A stretch of 59,785 nucleotides of DNA from Candidatus Bathyarchaeota archaeon (GTDB lineage: Archaea > Thermoproteota > Bathyarchaeia > Bathyarchaeales > Bathycorpusculaceae): assembly GCA_963827165.1 (NCBI GenBank), contig CAWGZR010000002.1, positions 1 to 59,785 on the forward strand, written 5' to 3'. Shown in pieces: positions 30,270-38,671 of the stretch; position 1 is the first letter of the stretch, and each line of letters begins with the position of its first letter. The position numbers and the translations under genes are program-made. Below the pieces are notes generated by a model. That model did not search any database. It was not told the origin of the DNA and saw only the letters and a list, made by a program, of their open reading frames with translations.

Positions 30270-31232
30270 GTGAAGCTTTTGCGTTTCAAAAACTCGCTTC
30301 CACCTTATTCGCGAAACAGCAAGGTTTTATTAACGATAGTTATCACGGGCCTAATAGTTTTCAACTTTTTTGTTTTGATATCAGCTTACCCTCAAACTTC
30401 ACAACTGGATGCGGGTGGAATGCTTGCAAAAGATTTTTCGGCATACTATACCGGCGCGTACAGGCTATGGCATAACCCTTCGGGTCTCTATACGCAGGGA
30501 ATACTAAACGATGGCGAAACAATCATAACGCCTCAACCGCAAGACTACAAATATCTTCCATCTTTCCTGATTCTGGCTTCTCCACTCCAGCTTCTAAGCT
30601 ACCACCAGGCCTTCGTCGCGTTTGACATTTTTCAATTTGCCCTCCTGCCCCTGATTGCGCTTCTATTGTATCAGCTGCTGCACAAAAAAGGGCTGATTGT
30701 GATTGGCGTTGTCTCGGCGATCGTTCTGTTACCCTTTCCTTTGCCACATTGGGGACCCCTTGCCACTTACCTCTGGCAGTGGGCTGATGGACAAGCAAAA
30801 GTCTTCGAAACATTCCTTTTCCTACTATCTTTCTACTTTGGGCTAAAAAATAAACCTCTCGCATCGGCGACAACTTTTGCCTTAGCCACTTTTGATCCCC
30901 GATTCGGCCTTCTCGCTTTGCCTCTGTTTCTTTACTACAATAAAAACAGCATGGTTTCTGCAGTTAAAGCCGGGTTTGCTGTCCTCGTCATATCAAACCT
31001 AATTCTCCTTAATCCTGCAACGGGCTTAGGGTTCTTAGACATGATTTTTAACCGAGGTTTAGGCACCACCTTGTATGCTTACGCTTATATTCCCTTGTTA
31101 ACACTGATTGCCTTGAACCTCGTTAATTTCAAGGAAATCATCGAAAACTTCTATGCCGTTCTCGAACGGGCAAGACTAAAAAGATCATGCGAAAAACTGT
31201 TTGAAGGAAACCCAAAACCACCAACACAATAG
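30270..31232 (+). CDS. GT87 (DUF2029) family membrane glycosyltransferase
   Basis: DFSAYY, YKYLPSF and GQ motifs; polytopic. Confidence 0.75.
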   Translation: MKLLRFKNSLPPYSRNSKVLLTIVITGLIVFNFFVLISAYPQTSQLDAGGMLAKDFSAYYTGAYRLWHNPSGLYTQGILNDGETIITPQPQDYKYLPSFLILASPLQLLSYHQAFVAFDIFQFALLPLIALLLYQLLHKKGLIVIGVVSAIVLLPFPLPHWGPLATYLWQWADGQAKVFETFLFLLSFYFGLKNKPLASATTFALATFDPRFGLLALPLFLYYNKNSMVSAVKAGFAVLVISNLILLNPATGLGFLDMIFNRGLGTTLYAYAYIPLLTLIALNLVNFKEIIENFYAVLERARLKRSCEKLFEGNPKPPTQ

Positions 31233-31332
31233 AGAAAATCGTCAAAAATTAAACTTTTTTCTTCATTGTTTGCCGGGTCTTTCATAAAACTTATCTTTAA
31301 GGCACGTCACATTACGTTGAACTCTTAAGGAC

Positions 31333-32313
31333 TTGGATATTATGGGAAACATAACGGTCGCCGTACTTGGCGCTTTAGGATACGCAGGAAACATCGGTAA
31401 AAAGGGAACATCGACAGACATAACATTTTACAATGTTAAGAAGGGCGAAGCAACGGTAACTCTTATCGAGCCTACACGATACCCCGAACGGTTAGCCCCT
31501 CTTTTCTACGCTCTTTCCCTCTCGAAAAAAGCCATTGTTGTGGTGGATCAAATAGACGCTACCTTCGGCGAATGCCTGGTCATGCTTCAATGCTCGGACA
31601 TCAAAAGCGGCTATTTCGTCCTAAGAAACTACATTCCAAAAGAAAAAATCCAGCCGCTCATAAAAGGAACTACTCTTGAAAAATTCGAATTTGTAAGCGA
31701 CGACTCAAACTTTCTGCGAGAGGCGCTGTTAACTGAAGCTTCGCAGCAAAAAACTACCGAGGTTCCAGCAGGACAGCAGGCGGTGGGAACTGTTCCCGTT
31801 GACCACTCCTTCAATGTCAAAGGAGTAGGCGTTGTCGTTCTAGGCGTGGTCGCTTATGGGGTAGTGCAGAAACATGAAGCCCTAAACGTTTTACCCGGCG
31901 TAAAGTCGGCGCTGGTTCGTTCGATACAGAAGCATGATGATGAATTTGATGTTGCCTGGGAAGGCGATCGTGTGGGGCTTGCACTTAAGAATATCGAGGT
32001 TGAAGATTTGGATCGGGGCGTTGTTTTGACAAATGACCCATCAATTAAGTCATCAGCCAAACTGGAAACGTCGGCGTCCCTCGTGACGTATTGGCAGACG
32101 CCCATTAAGCCAGGCATGGTTATGCATGTTGGTCATTGGACCCAGTTCATAACCGCCAAAGTCGAGGCTGCTGTAGATGCAGGCGACTGGCGAAACCCAA
32201 AGTTAACTTTGACGCTTGACAAGCCGCTTATTTATCGCCCCAACAGCAAAGCAATACTAATGTACTTAGAAGGCGTAAAACTCCGCGTTGCAGGAAATCT
32301 TACGGTACTTTAG
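31333..32313 (+). CDS. SelB-like/EF-Tu domain II protein (archaeal SelBL) with degenerate G domain
   Basis: GKKGTSTDIT, VDHSFNVKGVG, VRSIQ.HD and GDRVGLALK motifs. Confidence 0.85.
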   Translation: MDIMGNITVAVLGALGYAGNIGKKGTSTDITFYNVKKGEATVTLIEPTRYPERLAPLFYALSLSKKAIVVVDQIDATFGECLVMLQCSDIKSGYFVLRNYIPKEKIQPLIKGTTLEKFEFVSDDSNFLREALLTEASQQKTTEVPAGQQAVGTVPVDHSFNVKGVGVVVLGVVAYGVVQKHEALNVLPGVKSALVRSIQKHDDEFDVAWEGDRVGLALKNIEVEDLDRGVVLTNDPSIKSSAKLETSASLVTYWQTPIKPGMVMHVGHWTQFITAKVEAAVDAGDWRNPKLTLTLDKPLIYRPNSKAILMYLEGVKLRVAGNLTVL

Positions 32314-32364
32314 CTTGGCTAAATGAGAAATCGGTGAAAACCCTTCTAAAAGAGAAAAAACGTG

Positions 32365-32577
32365 CTATCGCGGGATGCTTTCTTCCCTATCTAAAGCGAT
32401 CTTCATTGTTAAGATCAGAATTGTGCAGAAGATGGTTAACGTAGCTACTGTAGTGCTCGGGATTGAATAATCGTAAGCCACCCACATAAGTGAATCCATA
32501 GCTGCATTGAAGATTTGGATAAGCAGCACGAACTTTACTATTTTCCACAGGGAATGAAAAGAAACCTGCGTACTCAT
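32365..32577 (-). CDS. Small two-TM membrane protein
   Basis: 70 aa, two hydrophobic helices, GGGGTAG upstream. Confidence 0.6.
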   Translation of the reverse strand: MSTQVSFHSLWKIVKFVLLIQIFNAAMDSLMWVAYDYSIPSTTVATLTIFCTILILTMKIALDREESIPR

Positions 32578-32860
32578 TGTCCACTACCCCAAAATCCGTT
32601 TCGACCCTTTAAAGGACGACAGAGAAGTAATCCTTTGCGTTGTAATAATGCTATGTTGTTGTAGCGTGTTAGCAACAAGTCGCTAAAAAAATGCCGTGGA
32701 AACTTTGAGGAGCGTTTTTTCAGAATTGTTCTTATTATTTTCAGAAGGATTATGTATTTAGTTCTTTTTTCTAAGTTTATTCCATATTTTTTCAGTTGGG
32801 AAACATGCTTCTAAAAGCCACTTTCCCCCTCAAGGTGCTGAGATTTTTTCTCAATTCAGA

Positions 32861-32945
32861 ATGTCAAATTTGGTCGAATAGTGTCAATTTATGTCAAATC
32901 ATGTCATTTTATGTCAATTTGCGTCAAATTATGTCAAATAAAGTC
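32861..32945. repeat. Degenerate 10-bp tandem array, consensus ATGTCAAWTT, 8 units plus a partial ninth
   Basis: atgtcaaatt tggtcgaata gtgtcaattt atgtcaaatc atgtcatttt atgtcaattt gcgtcaaatt atgtcaaata. Confidence 0.85.
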
Positions 32946-33145
32946 TCAACCTGCAACTGATCCAAGCTTCACAACAACAAAGCAACCCAAAACACAAACA
33001 AAAAAATTTGCGAAAACAAAATCTCATGCGCCACCAAAGACGCCAGCAAAAAAAGAAAGCTAAACACGTGCCCAACGAAAAGACAAGAAGGATCAAAGTA
33101 AATTCTTATTTGCAGCTTTGACGTACCTTTCTGTAGGACTTTGCA

Positions 33146-33610
33146 ATGAGCGATATTGAACTTAGGGTTTCAAAAATCAAGGATGGCACGGTAATTGATC
33201 ATATTCGTGGCGGTTATGCACTGGATGTTATTAAGATTCTGGGGATAACTGGTAAGGAGAAGCGGGTGATTACGATTGCCATTAACGTTCCAAGCAAACG
33301 TTTCGGAGCTAAAGACATCGTTAAGATTGAGGGTAGAGCGATAAACCCGCAGGAAGTTAATCGAATAGCTTTGGTTGCTCCTCACGCATCAATTAACATC
33401 GTGCGCAACTATAGAGTCGTTGAAAAAGTTGAAGTCAAGTTGCCCACCGCCATCGAAGGCATAATCAAATGCGTTAACCCATGCTGTGTAAGCAACAGCG
33501 ACGAACCTGCAGAACCAAAATTCTACGTTAAAAACGAGGAACCCCTAACCCTGAAATGCCACTATTGCGGCGTAACACTGCAACAAGCAGACATATTGCA
33601 GCAGCTTTAA
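33146..33610 (+). CDS. pyrI: Aspartate carbamoyltransferase regulatory subunit
   Basis: VSKIKDGTVIDHI, KDIVKIE, CVNPCC and CHYC motifs. Confidence 0.97.
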   Translation: MSDIELRVSKIKDGTVIDHIRGGYALDVIKILGITGKEKRVITIAINVPSKRFGAKDIVKIEGRAINPQEVNRIALVAPHASINIVRNYRVVEKVEVKLPTAIEGIIKCVNPCCVSNSDEPAEPKFYVKNEEPLTLKCHYCGVTLQQADILQQL

Positions 33611-34122
33611 ACCCCGCTTTTTTGGTTCAATCTTTCCTGAGCGGCATCGAACAGTTTTTTGAAATCGGCCTTATCCCAGAGTTGACCTTGATTTATTCTT
33701 GGGCATTCAATGGTGAAGTTGAACTCATGCGTTTTTTTATCTTCGTTGAATTTTAGTTCAAACGGGTAAAACATACAGATCAACGGCCGAATTTGGTAAA
33801 TGCCACATTGATTGTCCCTCAAGAAGACGCATTTGCCTTCGCCTGATTTTTTCATCTCGTAAATGTAAGGTTTCTTTCCTTCAACCTCGACTGAAAAATC
33901 ATTTATCGTCTGACCAATTTTAGATGCAATTTTTCCCGCTTCAGCTTTCAAAAGGAGAATGTGCCTCGTTTTCTGCTTTGTATCGCCGCAGCATAAGCCG
34001 CATTTGTTGCATTCAAACCGCACTTTGATGGGGTGCGTAAAATCTTCTTTGTCATTCTTTTCGTCTGGTTTGGCTTTCACTTTAAGTCCTAATGTTTTGG
34101 TTGTTTTTCCTGATTTCATCAA
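33607..34122 (-). CDS. YkgJ-family cysteine-cluster protein
   Basis: FECNKCGLCC, CVFL...CGIY..RP..C..YPF, CP motifs. Confidence 0.9.
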   Translation of the reverse strand: MMKSGKTTKTLGLKVKAKPDEKNDKEDFTHPIKVRFECNKCGLCCGDTKQKTRHILLLKAEAGKIASKIGQTINDFSVEVEGKKPYIYEMKKSGEGKCVFLRDNQCGIYQIRPLICMFYPFELKFNEDKKTHEFNFTIECPRINQGQLWDKADFKKLFDAAQERLNQKSGV

Positions 34123-34163
34123 AGCGCATCAAAACCTCGCCAGAACAAAACAGTTTGATTAAG

Positions 34164-35036
34164 CTAAACTGGCTTCGCCGATTTGAGCCCTTTTCTTTCG
34201 AGAAACGTATTCACTGCATCCATGAGAGCTTCGCAGGCGAACCATCTGTCTTCCCGAGATAGATCGGTCTCTAAGATCTCTATTTTCTTTTGCCAATCTC
34301 TCACCTGCTCGGCGATCGGCTGCTTCTTTGCAACGTACTCTTCCCTAATGTTCTTTTGCGATTCACTGAACTTCAACATGGCTAATTCAAGCTCTGTCTC
34401 TCGGGCATCGAGGTCCTGACTAGTTGTTATCTCCCTTTCTTCTCTCTGCTTCTTTGAGACGCCTCTGAAAATGCCTGTTTTCATTCGAAGAATATGATCC
34501 AAGTCTTCCTTGAGGTTGTCAATGTTGGTGTTGAGTCGTTTGATTTCACGGTTTTTTTGAGTTTTGATTTCCCTCATTTTGAAGGCGTATTCGGTGTTGA
34601 TTCTTTCAAGGTGGTTCCTGTTGGTTGAAAGGTTTTTGGCTGCGTCGTCGATGAAAGCCTCTTTTCGGCGTCTTTCTTCAAGATCAACCTTGAGGGCTGA
34701 AAGTATCTGTGAGCGCTCCTTTAGGAATTCCTCGTCGGCGTTTACATTTGGGTTTAACTCGAACTCGGACAAGATTTCTTCTATGTTTGCCAGCCAACGG
34801 TTGAAGTGCTCACTAAAAGGAGAGGAACCGAATTTCTGGGTTCCCAAGACGCCCAGTTCCTTGAGGGTTTTGTCCGAAATCTCTTTCAACGAAGCAACGT
34901 GCTTTGCCTCCTGTTTGACGTCAGCAGCCGGAGACCTGCGTTTCCGATCTCTGTCCTTTCCATACGGCGGCTTGTAACCTCGGCGAGCGGCTCGAGGCAA
35001 CTTTGGCTGCGGCTGGTCCCCCATGAGCAAAACCAA
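34164..35036 (-). CDS. Coiled-coil hypothetical protein
   Basis: 290-aa charged helical ORF. Confidence 0.75.
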   Translation of the reverse strand: MVLLMGDQPQPKLPRAARRGYKPPYGKDRDRKRRSPAADVKQEAKHVASLKEISDKTLKELGVLGTQKFGSSPFSEHFNRWLANIEEILSEFELNPNVNADEEFLKERSQILSALKVDLEERRRKEAFIDDAAKNLSTNRNHLERINTEYAFKMREIKTQKNREIKRLNTNIDNLKEDLDHILRMKTGIFRGVSKKQREEREITTSQDLDARETELELAMLKFSESQKNIREEYVAKKQPIAEQVRDWQKKIEILETDLSREDRWFACEALMDAVNTFLERKGLKSAKPV

Positions 35037-35101
35037 AGAAGAATATTGGCGCTTAATTATAAAACGCTTTACGGTCGAACACCAAAGTCTTTCAGAGAAA
35101 G

Positions 35102-35434
35102 CTAGGTTTTTTGCGTTTCTTCAGTGTTCCTTGCTCGATGTCCTTCGCCGTACTGGAAAGGTCGACCGAGGTTTTTAGCCAGTTTCTTGGCGAAAGCTTC
35201 ATCCATGTTAATATTGGGACAAGCTAATCTGCTGGCGTCCAAAACATAAAAGATCACGTCAATAAGCTCCTCGGCTATTTTTTCTTCAGGCAAACCCTTT
35301 TTCCACGCATCGCTTGCCTCGCCCAGCTCAATGAATGCGAAAAGCAGTTTTTTCGGGATATCCTCGGGCTTGTTGTAGAAACCTTTAGCGATCACTAAGG
35401 CTTCAATTTGCCTCTTCATTTCCTCCAAATCCAA
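35102..35434 (-). CDS. MazG-like nucleotide pyrophosphohydrolase
   Basis: ELGEASDAWKK...EELIDVIFY motif. Confidence 0.85.
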   Translation of the reverse strand: MDLEEMKRQIEALVIAKGFYNKPEDIPKKLLFAFIELGEASDAWKKGLPEEKIAEELIDVIFYVLDASRLACPNINMDEAFAKKLAKNLGRPFQYGEGHRARNTEETQKT

Positions 35435-35574
35435 CGTGATTCCCCAGACGCTTAGAAAAACCGCGGCTCTCTTATTTATACTTGAACCGTTGCCGCGGAG
35501 ACTTAACGGCTACCCTGTGACTGCTTGTGGACACCCACAAAATCTTATAATCTCCGTGATATTTAGGAAATATT

Positions 35575-35755
35575 TAGCAAAAGACCGAGTCGTTTGGCGG
35601 GTAAATCTGCTGTCATGATATGGCTCTGCTTTCGGATCTGCACTTATGGGGCTTAGGCTCCCAAAATGTGCGCTTCCGAGCATCCTTTTAGGCAGAAGAA
35701 TAAACTGCCAAACGGCACTTCAATTTAACAGCGATTCTCGTAATCATTTTTTCTT
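35575..35755 (+). ncRNA. Candidate structured non-coding RNA; ends approximate
   Basis: Nested stems with G-U pairs on the + strand (35589-35600/35705-35716), CTTATAA at ~35545, T-tract at ~35747. Confidence 0.5.
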
Positions 35756-35768
35756 TTAAATGCGAGCG

Positions 35769-37016
35769 CTATTTTTTGGGGCAAAGAAAAACTGTTGAAA
35801 AGGCTTCTTCTTTTAGGTAAGTGTCGGCTGCTTCCATTATGTTCTCGCTTGAAACTGCCTTCAGCTGGGCAATGTACTCTGCTAGCGATTTCTCACTTTT
35901 AAATTGAATTTCCATGTAAGCAAGTACATCTGACAACTGTGTCGGGTTATCCAATGCCCGAAGAATATCCGCTAAAATCTGGTTTTTGGCTCTCTCAACT
36001 TCATCTAAAGGCACTTTTTCAGTTCGCAGTTTGAACAATTCTTTGAAAATCAAATCCTTAGCTTTAGTAGTATTTTTGCTTTTCACGGCACAATTAATGT
36101 TTAAGTAACCCCAATCCACGCCGATGGTGTGATCCGATTGAACATCATACGTGATTGCGTGTTTTTCCCGCAGCTCAATAAATAGTCGGGAACTGGCGCC
36201 TCCGCTGAGAATTGCACTGATCAAATCCAATGCGGTTGCATCTTTGTGTTTTGAACAAACTGTTTTCACGCCAGCACATAGATATGTTTGGCTTAACCCC
36301 GCTTTCTTCTCGATGACGAGTGGTTTAGGATTAGCCGTTTCAATGGGGAGCGCCTTTTTTGAGGGCGCCTTCTCGGCGGTTTTGGTTTTGAAGTTTTTTA
36401 GGACCTTTTCATAAGTTTTTTCGGAGAGATTACCTGTCAGAATCATTATCATGTTTTGCGGGACATAATTCATTTCATGGGCTTTTTTGAGTTGGTCCAA
36501 AGTTAAGCTTCTTATGGTTTTTGGGAAGCCTCCAACTGGGCGCTTTATGGGGTGACTCTTAAACAGGCTCTTCAGCAGCAGCTCTTCAACCTTTTCCGTC
36601 GGGTCATCGGACGCTTCCGCAAGTTCATTGAGAATTGTTTTGCGTTCCTGGTTGAATTTTTCTTCCTCAAAATTATCGTCAAAAAGCAGCTTTGAAATCA
36701 CCGTGGAGTCTTCAGCCAATGTTTCCGGAAGAATATTCATTGTAGTCATCATATATTCCCGTTCCGTGTAGAAATCCAAGATTCCACCAGAATTCTCAAT
36801 GCCGCGAGAGAGGAGAATTCGTTCCGTAGAACCTCCTGCAAGCATGTGCTCAAGGAAATGTGCTGATCCAGCGATTTCTTCAGGCTCTTGATTTGATCCA
36901 TATTCAACAGCTATGGAAAGCTGCGTAGTATTCGCGTTTTCATGAGGAAAAAGTAGCACTGTCAAACCATTCGAAAGTACGCTTCTGCGCCAAAAAGTCG
37001 GAGTTTGCATACTCAA
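35769..37016 (-). CDS. M16 (pitrilysin/insulinase) family peptidase
   Basis: Inverted zincin HFLEH; SSRLFIELREK. Confidence 0.93.
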   Translation of the reverse strand: MSMQTPTFWRRSVLSNGLTVLLFPHENANTTQLSIAVEYGSNQEPEEIAGSAHFLEHMLAGGSTERILLSRGIENSGGILDFYTEREYMMTTMNILPETLAEDSTVISKLLFDDNFEEEKFNQERKTILNELAEASDDPTEKVEELLLKSLFKSHPIKRPVGGFPKTIRSLTLDQLKKAHEMNYVPQNMIMILTGNLSEKTYEKVLKNFKTKTAEKAPSKKALPIETANPKPLVIEKKAGLSQTYLCAGVKTVCSKHKDATALDLISAILSGGASSRLFIELREKHAITYDVQSDHTIGVDWGYLNINCAVKSKNTTKAKDLIFKELFKLRTEKVPLDEVERAKNQILADILRALDNPTQLSDVLAYMEIQFKSEKSLAEYIAQLKAVSSENIMEAADTYLKEEAFSTVFLCPKK

Positions 37017-37121
37017 AATCAGCGATCTCCTTCTAAAAAAGTTGATAGCTGCAGAGGCTGCTTTTTTATGTTTACTCGTTTTGTTTTTGTTCGCTTTCTA
37101 AGAGGAAGCGATGCAGAAACT

Positions 37122-37292
37122 ATGAAAGATCGGTTCAGCAAAAATAATCAAAATTCTTCTCGTAATATTGAGATTGTTGTTTTGGTCCATTCTGATAATT
37201 CGTTAGATCAAGAATCTGCATTTAGAAAATCAAGACAAATGCAAAACAACATGGACAGGCTGAATGCTTCTTCCTTTAGCACCTATCTTTAA
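37122..37292 (+). CDS. Possible 56-aa hypothetical protein
   Basis: MKDRFSKNN...STYL* after GAGGAAG; no recognised motif. Confidence 0.35.
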   Translation: MKDRFSKNNQNSSRNIEIVVLVHSDNSLDQESAFRKSRQMQNNMDRLNASSFSTYL

Positions 37293-37327
37293 AATCTGGT
37301 TTTCCCGTTATCTAAACTTGAGGCTGA

Positions 37328-37960
37328 TTGATTGTGGTTGATGCTTGGCGTGAACCTTACCATGTCGTGATTGAAGTTGAGAACAAGCAGTGTAGAATGG
37401 TTAAGAAGCTTGCTGGGTTGGGATTTGAGCATCTTAAGGTTGTTGACGTGCGTAGTTCTAGCAGTGGCTGCGTTAGGCATCTGATGGATGTTGGCGAGGA
37501 GCAGGCTAGGAGGGTTCCGCATGAACTTGCAACTAAAGGACATGTTGAAGGGAAATCTTCTGTTTGGGTTGAAAGCGAAGGCTGCCAAGTCTGCAACACT
37601 ATCCTATCACACGACGCTTTCTTGGTCAGCGGCAAAAGCATCCAAGGCAACGTCATCACCTACAGTTTCATGGTGCCAACTTTCGAAGCTTACAAGGGAA
37701 TAATTTCCGATCTTGAAAAAGCATGCGGCGCCGTGAAGGTTCTTAAAGTTGGTAAGTTCGAGCAGCAAATCGGGGTTTTAACTGAAAATCAGGAGAGGAT
37801 TTTCTGGCTTGCCCTGAAAAGCGGGTTTTTCGATTATCCCCGCAAAGTTGGCATGGCGGAGCTTGCGGCTAAACTTGAAATTAGTCCCGCGACACTGTCG
37901 GAGATTCTGCGAAGGGGAACAAGAAGGCTGCTTGAACATTACTTTAAAAGAGAACTGTAG
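37328..37960 (+). CDS. Transcriptional regulator with C-terminal HTH_10 (Bat-type) domain
   Basis: LTENQERIFWLALKSGFFDYPRKVGMAELAAKLEISPATLSEILRR. Confidence 0.9.
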   Translation: MIVVDAWREPYHVVIEVENKQCRMVKKLAGLGFEHLKVVDVRSSSSGCVRHLMDVGEEQARRVPHELATKGHVEGKSSVWVESEGCQVCNTILSHDAFLVSGKSIQGNVITYSFMVPTFEAYKGIISDLEKACGAVKVLKVGKFEQQIGVLTENQERIFWLALKSGFFDYPRKVGMAELAAKLEISPATLSEILRRGTRRLLEHYFKREL

Positions 37961-38197
37961 TCACCGGGTTTTTTTATTCTTTCTTTAGTCTAAATAGTAT
38001 TTTGAGCGACCGCTGAGTGGGATATTGTTTATTAAGATGGAAAACCATTTTTAGCATAACCCAAAAAGGGTCAGGGTCTTTGTCGGTCGAATTAAGTATA
38101 CGCTTGATTTGGGCTCGCAATGGCTTTGACGGCTTATCAGTTCGACTTTATATAAGGGTTGAAGAAAGCATTCATGTCAGAAATGGAGGAGTATTGA

Positions 38198-38595
38198 TTG
38201 GCTGGATCTAAAAAAAAATTCTTGTAGTTGACGACGACAAATCGATACTTAGAACGTTCACTCGAATTTTACAGAAAAGCGGCTACGAAATCGATGTTGC
38301 AGAAACCGGCAAAGAGGCCATTGAAAAAGCTGAAAATCAACATTACGATTTAGCCTTAGTCGACATTAGGCTTCCCGATATGGATGGGACTGACCTACTT
38401 GCAAAACTCAAGAAACAACTCCAACATACTGTGAAAATCATGATTACGGGTTTCCCATCGCTCGAGACAGGTGTAAAAGCGCTTGATGAGGGAGCAGACG
38501 CATACCTAGTTAAACCCGTTAAACCTCAAGAGTTACTTCTGCTTCTGGAAGAGAAACTGAAAAGCCGTGAAGCACCCTCGGAAATACGTAACTGA
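38198..38595 (+). CDS. Stand-alone response regulator receiver; frameshift in an A9 run at 38210-38218
   Basis: GGAGGAG RBS and TTG 38198; LVVDDD, DLALVDIRLPDMDG, MITG and YLVKP motifs. Confidence 0.88.
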
Positions 38596-38671
38596 AATTC
38601 GAAGGTTCACGGTCAACTAATTTTCTCGTTTGAACTTTAAGCGGAAAAACACATTAGTTGTTTTTGTTTTT

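Noticed and set aside
31333-32313. Selenocysteine machinery
   Set aside because: Matches the known SelB-like family with a degenerate G domain; no tRNA-Sec, SECIS or in-frame TGA evidence seen.
32861-32945. CRISPR array or replication origin
   Set aside because: Units are 10 bp with no spacers and no cas genes; no cdc6/orc1 and only weak ORB-like words.
38205-38222. Programmed slippage or phase variation at the A9 run
   Set aside because: A homopolymer deletion is the commonest long-read error and other genes show similar indels; untestable without reads.
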